IMG/VR virus record: IMGVR_UViG_3300008216_000009
Location: 31,607 to 95,606 of that record
Reading direction: 5' to 3' (one strand)
DNA: 64,000 nucleotides
From: a virus
Part shown: piece after piece, positions 1-7,478 of the stretch
How the letters are laid out: each line of letters opens with the position of its first letter
Numbering within the stretch: position 1 is the stretch's first letter
Position numbers and translations under genes: made by a program
The notes under the pieces: generated by a model
What the model was told of the DNA's origin: nothing
The model's input: the letters and a program-made list of their open reading frames with translations, nothing else
Database searches by the model: none

Positions 1-1
1 G

Positions 2-619
2 GCACGTAATGCTGCTGATCGCTATGGGTTTCCATTTTTCATAGGTGGCACCTCTTTCATACCATTCGAGAATTTTGATCTGCTGAAAGAGGCCATAGAG
101 AAAGAACGAACGACTTTTTTTGAGCATGTTGATAAGTTCATAAGTAGGTATGAAGATCATCGAAACGAGTATCTGGAAGCGTATCCTCAACATGCAGGTT
201 CTCTGGCTATGCACTATCCAGATGTTGATTTTGTTCGGAGTAAGTTCAAGTTTGAGACAATCTACTATGCTGCGAACATTGGGAGTGTTATGGGGGCCGA
301 TGGCACGGCAGAGGATATGTATCTGTCTTGGGCCGTAAATTCAATGAACACTCTTAGGGCTGAAGCACGTCAGATAGCCGATAGAATAATAGAGGCGGAT
401 GCGAACGGCGGTAAGATAGATGGTCGTAATATGCGTCCCGTCCAGGGTCTGAGAGATAGAGTATCTGCAATGGATCTGTTGGAAGATCCTGATCTTAAGA
501 GAGCAATCTTAGCATTGTCAGTGTCTCCTCCTGAGGGCATGAAGGAATATGCCAAAGAGTTGAAGGATGCTGCTGTGGATGTAAATCCTCTGTTTGTTAG
601 AAGGATTTTAATAGATTAA
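2..619 (+). CDS. DUF3150-like protein, 5'-truncated
   Basis: Frame is open from base 2 (ARNAADRYGFPFFIGGTSFIP...F...VDKF..RY...YP..D.VRSKFKF), upstream of the ORF-track start at 209. Pattern recalls DUF3150. Ends in FVRRILID. Confidence 0.55.
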   Translation, partial: ARNAADRYGFPFFIGGTSFIPFENFDLLKEAIEKERTTFFEHVDKFISRYEDHRNEYLEAYPQHAGSLAMHYPDVDFVRSKFKFETIYYAANIGSVMGADGTAEDMYLSWAVNSMNTLRAEARQIADRIIEADANGGKIDGRNMRPVQGLRDRVSAMDLLEDPDLKRAILALSVSPPEGMKEYAKELKDAAVDVNPLFVRRILID

Positions 620-629
620 AAAGGGAGAC

Positions 630-887
630 ATGATGGGAAAGGCTATACAAGAAATTCAAAGTCAGAACGGCAACGGTACATATAACATAGTTCTTGGTAA
701 GGATTATCGAATCTATTGCACATGCAAGGCTTGGCAGTTCAGTAGGCCACCGATCAAAGAGTGCAAGCACCTACGAGAGCTATTCGATGTAGCTATTGAG
801 GGACAGAGCGTTATGGTGGCCCTCCAGAAGCCGAAAGAGCCAAAGAGAAACGAGGGAATGTTCATCCGTAGGATTCTCATAGATTAA
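630..887 (+). CDS. SWIM zinc-finger protein
   Basis: Y.I......IYCTCKAW...ECKHL matches CxC-xn-CxH SWIM motif; SD GGGAG upstream. Ends in FIRRILID. Confidence 0.8.
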   Translation: MMGKAIQEIQSQNGNGTYNIVLGKDYRIYCTCKAWQFSRPPIKECKHLRELFDVAIEGQSVMVALQKPKEPKRNEGMFIRRILID

Positions 888-904
888 TAAAAAAATTGAA
901 GTGC

Positions 905-933
905 TTGACTTGTATAGATATTTCCTATATAAT
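905..933 (+). promoter_or_regulatory. sigma70-type promoter TTGACT-N17-TATAAT with A-rich UP element
   Basis: TTGACT 905-910, TATAAT 928-933, 17-bp spacer, A-tract upstream, intergenic. Confidence 0.85.
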
Positions 934-960
934 GGGAACAAAGAAAAGGAAGTTTAGAAA

Positions 961-1269
961 ATGCCGTGCTACATAACATATCGAACTTACACAACTATTA
1001 AGGATTCTGATTACGTTTCATTTTTGGATGCTGTCAGGTCTCTTGGTTACCAAGTGTCCACACTAGGATCGGTTATTGAGATAGATGGTGGTCGTGTAAC
1101 TCTTAATCAATCGGGTGGCGGGTATGAGCTTGTTGGAGATAGAACTTTATGCGGTAAGTTTTTGCAGGAGCATAAACTCCGTAAGGCCGAAAAGGACGCA
1201 AGAAAGAAGGGTCAACGCACTAAGAGGTTGGTCAAGGCTAATGGTGATATAGCATTGGAGATTGCATAA
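961..1269 (+). CDS. DUF1257/Ycf35-like protein
   Basis: T.IKD...FLDAVRSLGY, GYELVGD, FLQ, A.KKG, NGDI.L resemble DUF1257; adjacent to a DUF2997-like gene, the usual pairing. Confidence 0.65.
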   Translation: MPCYITYRTYTTIKDSDYVSFLDAVRSLGYQVSTLGSVIEIDGGRVTLNQSGGGYELVGDRTLCGKFLQEHKLRKAEKDARKKGQRTKRLVKANGDIALEIA

Positions 1270-1463
1270 TGGCAAATAAGAAATTGATTTTGACATTCTC
1301 AGCTTCTGGTACTGAAATAACGGCGGAGCTTGAGGGGTTCCCTCCTGGGGCTACTGCTGAGAAAGAGGCGGATAAGTACCTAAAGGGTATAGCTGTTAAG
1401 GATAAGGTCGGACATCGCCCGCACAAACATACAAAGGAAGGTCAGGTAGTCTACACAGGCTAG
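1269..1463 (+). CDS. DUF2997-like small protein
   Basis: K.LILTFSASG.EITAELEGF.G pattern; TAATG overlap with the previous gene. Confidence 0.55.
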   Translation: MANKKLILTFSASGTEITAELEGFPPGATAEKEADKYLKGIAVKDKVGHRPHKHTKEGQVVYTG

Positions 1464-1465
1464 TT

Positions 1466-2083
1466 ATGAATACTTTTAATGACAAAAACATAGAGCATTC
1501 ACGTTCGAAGACTCAGAAGCTGCATCCCAAGGAAACGTCTGCTTCAGCGGTTGATACGTGGTCTGGGATATCTTTTGTCAGTACGCCCACCTCTGAGACT
1601 ATTCCAGCCAAATGGGTATTCGTCTTTTTTGATTTACCTAGTGAGGAGTTTACTAGACGAGTAGCCTTACATAGGCAGTTCCGTAAGGTCGGTTTGGCAA
1701 TGCATTCTCAGAGTGTTTACTTTATGCCGTATAGCCGACTGGCCTATAAAGCTGTTAGTGGCATAGATGAGAGCCTCATGGTGATAAGGGCAAATATTGA
1801 AGACAATAAATCAGTCCTTCTCGTTGGTTTGTATCAAAGGCTTATAGAGTCTCTGTTTCTAGAGGTTGAGAATAAGGTAGAGGAGCTTGCAGAGGCTAAG
1901 GCCGATTCTGATAATACTCGTGGATATACAAAGAGGTATAAGAAAATGTTGGAGCGTCTTGACGATCTAAAATCTGTTGTCAAGTCTGTCCCATCTGATT
2001 CATATACACAACGCATCAAATTATTGGAGTTAATGGTAGAAGAGATTGATGAAAGAGCACCCGGGGTGGGAGTTAGTTATTAA
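1466..2083 (+). CDS. Cas2/PaaX/ChrB-N-like ferredoxin-fold protein with C-terminal helical region
   Basis: WVFVFFDLP...RRVALHRQFRKVGLAMHSQSVY matches the Cas2/VapD-fold signature (FDLP, MHxQSVY). Confidence 0.65.
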   Translation: MNTFNDKNIEHSRSKTQKLHPKETSASAVDTWSGISFVSTPTSETIPAKWVFVFFDLPSEEFTRRVALHRQFRKVGLAMHSQSVYFMPYSRLAYKAVSGIDESLMVIRANIEDNKSVLLVGLYQRLIESLFLEVENKVEELAEAKADSDNTRGYTKRYKKMLERLDDLKSVVKSVPSDSYTQRIKLLELMVEEIDERAPGVGVSY

Positions 2084-2093
2084 GGAGAATTGA

Positions 2094-2222
2094 ATGTCAG
2101 TAACTAGACAGCCTATAGAAGACAAGCAAGCATATACGATATTACTAGAGTGTAAATATGCTCCAATCTTAGATTGGTTTAATTATTGTCCAATGTGTGA
2201 GCATCCTGTTAAGAAAGGATAG
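2094..2222 (+). CDS. small hypothetical protein (42 aa) with CPMC motif, absent from ORF track
   Basis: SD AAGGAG, ATG 2094, MSVTRQPIEDKQAYTILLECKYAPILDWFNYCPMCEHPVKKG*. Confidence 0.55.
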   Translation: MSVTRQPIEDKQAYTILLECKYAPILDWFNYCPMCEHPVKKG

Positions 2223-2859
2223 GGTGGAGTCCATAGAAAAAATCGCCACATTTCCCGATGCTCCAGCTATAGAGTATCAGGATTTACGTGTTCCATTTTT
2301 AGAGATAAATACTCGTGAACAGTGGCAATATTTTGTCAGAAATATAGACAATGGAACATACATCCTGGTTCACGATGTGGATGTTTGGCATAGAACACGA
2401 GGAGTGATTCGTCCAGAACAAAGATGTTTTTTATATGATAAAATTTTACGGAAATTGGGATCCTGGGATGGATCCCATATTATTTCTAGGCATGATTCTC
2501 GTAAACGTTTGTGGGTTACTGTTTCCCTTCCTGATTATTTTTGTGATGTTTGTGGTAAGCGCATTAAGCCCTATAGAAAAGTATGTCAGTCATGCCGTAT
2601 AAAGCAATATCATAGGGACAGGCCGTTTTTTCCCAGAAGAGAGCCTGTTGAGATTAGCATTGGAGACTATGATCTTGAATCGGCCTACCGCCAATTTAAG
2701 ATGATTTCGAGGCATCAACGTTTAGTTGTTACTCATTTGGACTGCAATGGAGTGGATAGGTGCCTTCATGTACGGTATTATTTCCATAGATACCGCCAAA
2801 CATTGCCTAAGCGTACTTCCAAAGTGTCTGGTAATATAACTGAGGTAGTTCAACTTTAA
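2197..2859 (+). CDS. hypothetical protein with zinc ribbon
   Basis: CDVCG...CQSC motif. True start may be GTG near 2224. Confidence 0.55.
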   Translation: MSILLRKDRVESIEKIATFPDAPAIEYQDLRVPFLEINTREQWQYFVRNIDNGTYILVHDVDVWHRTRGVIRPEQRCFLYDKILRKLGSWDGSHIISRHDSRKRLWVTVSLPDYFCDVCGKRIKPYRKVCQSCRIKQYHRDRPFFPRREPVEISIGDYDLESAYRQFKMISRHQRLVVTHLDCNGVDRCLHVRYYFHRYRQTLPKRTSKVSGNITEVVQL

Positions 2860-3008
2860 TGTGTGTGATATGTGGGGAGTCTGTTGATCGTCAGGAATGT
2901 GATTTTTGTGGCGAATCAGTGTGTGATGATTGCATTATAGAGTCAGAAGGCATTTCAAACGACAGCTTTTGTTCTGAGGATTGTGCTAGGGATTTTGGTG
3001 AAGGTTAG
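2859..3008 (+). CDS. small Cys-rich zinc-finger protein (49 aa), absent from ORF track
   Basis: TAATG overlap; MCVICGESVDRQECDFCGESVCDDCIIESEGISNDSFCSEDCARDFGEG*, four Cys pairs. Confidence 0.7.
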   Translation: MCVICGESVDRQECDFCGESVCDDCIIESEGISNDSFCSEDCARDFGEG

Positions 3009-3048
3009 AGGTGTTTCAAAAAGCTCACTTTTTTCGGTGAGAAATTGT

Positions 3049-3077
3049 TTTACATTTAACATTTAAATAGGTATACT
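3049..3077 (+). promoter_or_regulatory. putative sigma70-type promoter for the head module, TTTACA-N17-TATACT
   Basis: Intergenic, AT-rich, 17-bp spacer. Confidence 0.6.
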
Positions 3078-3114
3078 CAGAATAATCGCTGTGGCGGTAA
3101 GGTAAGGTAAGGCT

Positions 3115-3354
3115 ATGGAATGGGAAGATCGGTTTGATACATCTGTAAAGGCGTTAGTTAGGGAAATACTGACTATTTTGGAGAGTGTTATAGTTGTGGA
3201 TAGCCAAAGGAAGGCTCTCCGTACAATAATGCGGAAAACAATTTATACTATTACAGATAACTTAAAAGAGGATATTATTTCTGAGGTCGGACCCATAAAA
3301 CCTGCTTCTGTCGCAGATAAGCAGGAATTCACGTTCCCCAGAGGAGAACAGTAA
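3115..3354 (+). CDS. hypothetical protein
   Basis: Helical 79-aa ORF, GGTAAGG-repeat RBS, coupled to the next gene. Confidence 0.7.
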   Translation: MEWEDRFDTSVKALVREILTILESVIVVDSQRKALRTIMRKTIYTITDNLKEDIISEVGPIKPASVADKQEFTFPRGEQ

Positions 3355-3929
3355 TGCCTGATCACCAGGGAAGACAGGATTTTCCAGAGGTAGCCGACGA
3401 AAAAATTAATATAGGTACTTTTAACGAGTGGGCACCTTTGGGGGTTTCAGATATATATTCTCCCAAGGAGGAGCCAAAGTTGCGGGATCAGGTGATGCTT
3501 GATCAAGCTGCCATGCTCAAAGAAATTGTAAGCATGATCGAAAGTTTTAGTGGCAAGAAGTCCACCGCTAAGAAAGTTGAAGATCCCTATAAAGGGTCTT
3601 CAATCAAGAAGGCCACCGGGTGGACTATGGATAAGCAAAATCCTGAAGTTCAAAGTGAGGGCTTCGGAAATGATGCTTATTATAGACCTCCCAGTAAGAA
3701 AGAACTTTCCACAGGTCATGCTTCTATGAGGGGCGAAAAGTCTGAATGGGATACTCATGGTAAGCCAAAAACATCTGGGGTTAATAAACAGGAGTTTGAA
3801 AAGTCTGGATTTGAGATGTGTGCAAAGTGTGGAGACAAGTTGGAGAAGGGCGGTGGTTGCCCTCCCTGCGACGAAAAAGAAACTTTAGAGAAGTCAATTG
3901 TTAAGTCTATAAATACTTATCTGAGGTAA
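3354..3929 (+). CDS. putative internal head protein
   Basis: Charged, several Phi-x-K-[SAQ] sites, CAKC/CPPC ribbon, C-terminal IVKSINTYLR tag. Confidence 0.5.
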   Translation: MPDHQGRQDFPEVADEKINIGTFNEWAPLGVSDIYSPKEEPKLRDQVMLDQAAMLKEIVSMIESFSGKKSTAKKVEDPYKGSSIKKATGWTMDKQNPEVQSEGFGNDAYYRPPSKKELSTGHASMRGEKSEWDTHGKPKTSGVNKQEFEKSGFEMCAKCGDKLEKGGGCPPCDEKETLEKSIVKSINTYLR

Positions 3930-3934
3930 ATATA

Positions 3935-4567
3935 GTGCCAGCCGAATCTGAGTCCCAGAGAAGGGCTGCTGGTGCGGCTTTAGGAGCAAAACGGGGTGGT
4001 TCTGTTAAAAGCCTTCGTGGGTCTTCTAAAGGTATGTATGAAAGTATGACTGAGGACGAACTGGAAGATTTCGCCAGCAAATCCCTTCAGTCGTCTCCTT
4101 CCAGGGAGGGAGAACCAAGCCACGTCCCTTCGTTGCCTAAAGCTACTGAATCTTTGAGTACCTTAGATAAATCTGCCAGTTTAAATATTCTCGTTAAGAC
4201 TATAGATTTTTACTTGAAAGAGGGTTCTCAATCCTCTATTGCCGGGTTTACCTCTAAGAATTTTGATATTTGTCCTAATGCTGTAAATGTTTTCAGGAAG
4301 TTAGAGGGTAGTGTCAATTCGAAGACGAAAGACTCCATTGTATTTGCGGCTAAGGCGACTGATGATTTTTTGGGCGTAGAGAAAAAGGCAGTATCAAGCA
4401 AGTCTGCTTCTCTGGATGATATAGAAAATATGGTAAACCTCATGCAAGCCGCCCATTTTCATTCTGGAGAGGTAAGTAGTCTCATAGGAGAAGATCTATC
4501 TACCGATTTTTCCTTTTCTACTGGGCATCTTATTACGGTAATGGGGCATTATGAGTCGGAACAGTAG
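3935..4567 (+). CDS. DUF3008-domain fusion protein, putative internal head protein
   Basis: MPAESESQRRAAGAALGAKRG...MYESMTEDELEDFAS matches DUF3008; second domain starts near SKNFDICP. Confidence 0.7.
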   Translation: MPAESESQRRAAGAALGAKRGGSVKSLRGSSKGMYESMTEDELEDFASKSLQSSPSREGEPSHVPSLPKATESLSTLDKSASLNILVKTIDFYLKEGSQSSIAGFTSKNFDICPNAVNVFRKLEGSVNSKTKDSIVFAAKATDDFLGVEKKAVSSKSASLDDIENMVNLMQAAHFHSGEVSSLIGEDLSTDFSFSTGHLITVMGHYESEQ

Positions 4568-6143
4568 GAGACCCCGTACCACTGTTTCAGAATTAGAAGT
4601 CTCTATCATAGGGGCTATAGATGGGTATTTTTTAAAATATGGGTGGGGCGATGAGGATTTTGTAGATGGTGACATGGGTGATGCGGGCAGATGGGTTACT
4701 ACCACTCCCGATGTTAAGGAAACTAAACAAGTAGCCTCCCCTAGTGACACTCCAGTGGAGTCCCCAGAGCTTCCAGCCGACGTTGAAATGCCAGAAGCCG
4801 TAGGTAAGGACTGGAGCAGCGGGAAAACTCCTGCCCCAGTCAGCCAGAGCTATAGCATGGACTTCTACGGCGGTGGAAATGAGGAGGATTTTGCAGCCGC
4901 CCCAGAGTGGATAACCCAGGAGCGGGAGGGTGGGTACTCCGCAGGAGCCGTTTCAACCCCGAAGGTAACATCACAACCTGTTCAAACGACGGAGGAGTAT
5001 TATGATGCTGATATTGCGGAGGAGACACTTACGCCTTATGTAGCCCCAGTATCCACTGTGGACACTTCTAGTTATGAGGATGCAGATGCTTATGCATCCG
5101 AATATGAGTCAAATATACCCATTCCCCCTACCGTAGAACCTTCTCCGACTAGTGACCTGGATTCGGATGTGGCGGCTTATGAACCTTATGATAGTCAAGA
5201 AGAATGGTTGGGGGGGTATGTAGCCCCTGCCGCAGGGTCATCATCGGTTGACCCAGTCGATACCTATTCGTCTGGACAATGGGATGATGACCCTGAGGCA
5301 GATATTCACGGAGATTTCCCTAATTATGGTGGGGGATCACCCATTACTTCCCAGCCTTCACCTATCCCTGTAGACACTTCTAGTTATGAGGATGCTGATA
5401 CCGAATGGACATATGATTTTCCTAGTCAGACAACTGACCCCCTCCCTCCTGTTAGCAATGCAGATCCTACACCCGATTATGGGGATGCTGATCAGAGCTA
5501 TGACCCGAATTTAGAGCCACTTATACCAATAACAGACAACACTGTGGGGAGTGTAGATCCTATAGATACAGTAGCTATAGGAGTTACCGATCCCGATAAT
5601 GTTGCCATAGATCATAGAGGTCCCGGTTCGTCTGGTTCTAGTGGTAATATGGGTGGTTCCTCAGGAACCATTGATAATGATCAAACCGACTCCGTTGTCC
5701 CTGGAGAACATGAAGACGACGGCGGCAACTGGTTCACGAATTTCCCAGGTAATGTTGTCGATGTTGGTGGTGATGTGGTTAGTGGTGGAAAAGATCTTGT
5801 TTCGGGTGCCTATAATACTGTCACCGATGCGGCGGGTAAGGTTTATGACCTAGCGTCTGCTGGGGTGGGCAGTGGGATTGATATCGCAGGTAATTTCGTA
5901 GATACTGCTGCATCAGCAGCAGGTTTACTGCCGTGGACTGAGTCCAACCTGAATATACATGATTCAGGCACCACATCATCCGCCAACACTGCTGTTGCTC
6001 ACCTGGGCACAGGTGGGTCTGGCCCAGGTACTCCTGCTTACATACCCGACAGGGACGGCTACGATAAGAGTAAGAGTCGTACATGGGGCCATGAAGATGA
6101 TAGTATAAAGGAAATAACCAGCTATTTAGAGCGGTACGGATAG
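4551..6143 (+). CDS. acidic low-complexity protein, putative internal head/ejection protein
   Basis: 530 aa, rich in D/E/S/T/P/G, internal VDTSSYEDAD repeats, tag-like helices at both ends. Confidence 0.55.
   Translation: MSRNSRRPRTTVSELEVSIIGAIDGYFLKYGWGDEDFVDGDMGDAGRWVTTTPDVKETKQVASPSDTPVESPELPADVEMPEAVGKDWSSGKTPAPVSQSYSMDFYGGGNEEDFAAAPEWITQEREGGYSAGAVSTPKVTSQPVQTTEEYYDADIAEETLTPYVAPVSTVDTSSYEDADAYASEYESNIPIPPTVEPSPTSDLDSDVAAYEPYDSQEEWLGGYVAPAAGSSSVDPVDTYSSGQWDDDPEADIHGDFPNYGGGSPITSQPSPIPVDTSSYEDADTEWTYDFPSQTTDPLPPVSNADPTPDYGDADQSYDPNLEPLIPITDNTVGSVDPIDTVAIGVTDPDNVAIDHRGPGSSGSSGNMGGSSGTIDNDQTDSVVPGEHEDDGGNWFTNFPGNVVDVGGDVVSGGKDLVSGAYNTVTDAAGKVYDLASAGVGSGIDIAGNFVDTAASAAGLLPWTESNLNIHDSGTTSSANTAVAHLGTGGSGPGTPAYIPDRDGYDKSKSRTWGHEDDSIKEITSYLERYG
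5061..5395 (+). repeat. 23-bp exact direct repeat GACACTTCTAGTTATGAGGATGC (5061-5083 and 5373-5395)
   Basis: Read directly; in-frame, encodes DTSSYEDA. Confidence 0.9.
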
Positions 6144-6170
6144 GGTGTTCAATCTAAAGGTAAGGGGATT

Positions 6171-6497
6171 GTGGGAATTATGACTTTAGTCAACAAGGTT
6201 AAGAGATCAAAGGGAATACAGGAAGTAGAGAAAAAACGAAAACTTAACATAGCCTGGATCCTTGAAAATAAGGGAGATCTGTTAGAGAATTATCCTAATC
6301 GTTGGGTAGTAGTGGACGATGAGTCAATACAGTTGGTAGAGATTGATTTCTCTAATATGTATCGAAATATGAGAAATCGTGGATTGAATGACACATTGGT
6401 TTATTATTACGTTATTGAGTTGGATCCGCCCCCAATATTTGTGACCCCAGTGGAGATAGAATATGACTGGTCAGAAAAAGCCGGATGGTACAATTGA
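6171..6497 (+). CDS. DUF5678-like protein
   Basis: W..EN...LLENYPNRWVVV pattern. Confidence 0.55.
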   Translation: MGIMTLVNKVKRSKGIQEVEKKRKLNIAWILENKGDLLENYPNRWVVVDDESIQLVEIDFSNMYRNMRNRGLNDTLVYYYVIELDPPPIFVTPVEIEYDWSEKAGWYN

Positions 6498-7440
6498 TAG
6501 GACATTTCTTCAGGGATTAGACCTAATGCTTGGGTCTTTGATACAGAAGAATGATGTTCTGGGGGAAGAACCTATCCCAGATTCAAATGGGGATGTTGAT
6601 GTTGGCTCTGTACTTGAAGATGCTGATAATGGGGCAATGGACAAGCAAAAAGATGATGAATCTTCAGAATCTGCTACATCTGAAACAGATTCACTTGAAG
6701 TCGCTACTGATCTAGGAGACAAGACCAATCTTCCTCCAGAGATGGGGCGTAAAGAGGACAAGGGCGAGGAGGGACTTGTTGACGATGGGTCAATAGCTGA
6801 GCCTATGTTACGTCGTAGGGAAATTCGAAAAGCTGTATTGGGGGGTATGGATCGTGGTGTAGATCTTTTTCAATTATGGGCTGATGTAGACAAGGTAATA
6901 GAGAAATCTTCAGATTATTCTCCTCATACATCGGATGTAGATATTTTGAAATCATTCGATTTATGTGAGTGCACTAAAACTGAGGACATAGTTGAGGGAA
7001 CCCTCGTTTATAAGATGCTTACAGATAGAGGTAGCCGACCTTCCAGTGAGTGGTGGAATGAATGTGTTACGTTTGCAAAGAGTATAGAGGGCATGGAAGA
7101 ACCTGCATTTTTTGCAGCTTTTATGTATTACGAGCCTGATAATTTCAATCCTGAGAATTTTATGAAGGGATTGAATGACACTGGGGGCACGCCGAGGGCA
7201 TCTGGACGTGGGGTATCTCACGATACCGAAATAGATGAGAATATAGGGGCGGCTGGTGGTCAGGCTATTGACGGTCTGGGTATGTCTAATGACGGAGAAG
7301 GGTTCGACAAGGAGTTTATGGAGGGCGGGGGCAACACTTCGGGCGGCTCTGCGTCTGTTAAGCATTGCAGTCATGACGGCAAGAATTTTGAAGATGAATG
7401 TGACTGCCCAAACCATGAAGATCCTGTACACAAGACTTGA
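6463..7440 (+). CDS. acidic putative internal head protein
   Basis: Many Phi-x-K sites (IQKN, MDKQ, IRKA, IEKS, ILKS, FAKS, FMKG); RPSSEWWNEC motif; Cys/His-rich C-terminus. Confidence 0.55.
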   Translation: MTGQKKPDGTIDRTFLQGLDLMLGSLIQKNDVLGEEPIPDSNGDVDVGSVLEDADNGAMDKQKDDESSESATSETDSLEVATDLGDKTNLPPEMGRKEDKGEEGLVDDGSIAEPMLRRREIRKAVLGGMDRGVDLFQLWADVDKVIEKSSDYSPHTSDVDILKSFDLCECTKTEDIVEGTLVYKMLTDRGSRPSSEWWNECVTFAKSIEGMEEPAFFAAFMYYEPDNFNPENFMKGLNDTGGTPRASGRGVSHDTEIDENIGAAGGQAIDGLGMSNDGEGFDKEFMEGGGNTSGGSASVKHCSHDGKNFEDECDCPNHEDPVHKT

Positions 7441-7446
7441 GCGTAG

Positions 7447-7475
7447 TTTCGCTTCGACGTGATCGAAGTGAGGAG
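7447..7475 (+). promoter_or_regulatory. RNA hairpin occluding the SD of the protease polyprotein
   Basis: TTTCGCTTCGA-CGTGA-TCGAAGTGAGG forms an 11-bp stem (3 G-U pairs) that includes GAGG of SD GAGGAG, ahead of ATG 7479. Confidence 0.5.
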
Positions 7476-7478
7476 CAT

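Noticed and set aside
150-338. ORF 150-338
   Set aside because: It is an alternative-frame overlap of the longer DUF3150-like frame that is open from base 2.
3096-3112. GGTAA x3 microrepeat as an operator or iteron
   Set aside because: It lies directly before an ATG, and similar GGTAAGG sequences precede other genes, so it is best explained as a ribosome-binding region.
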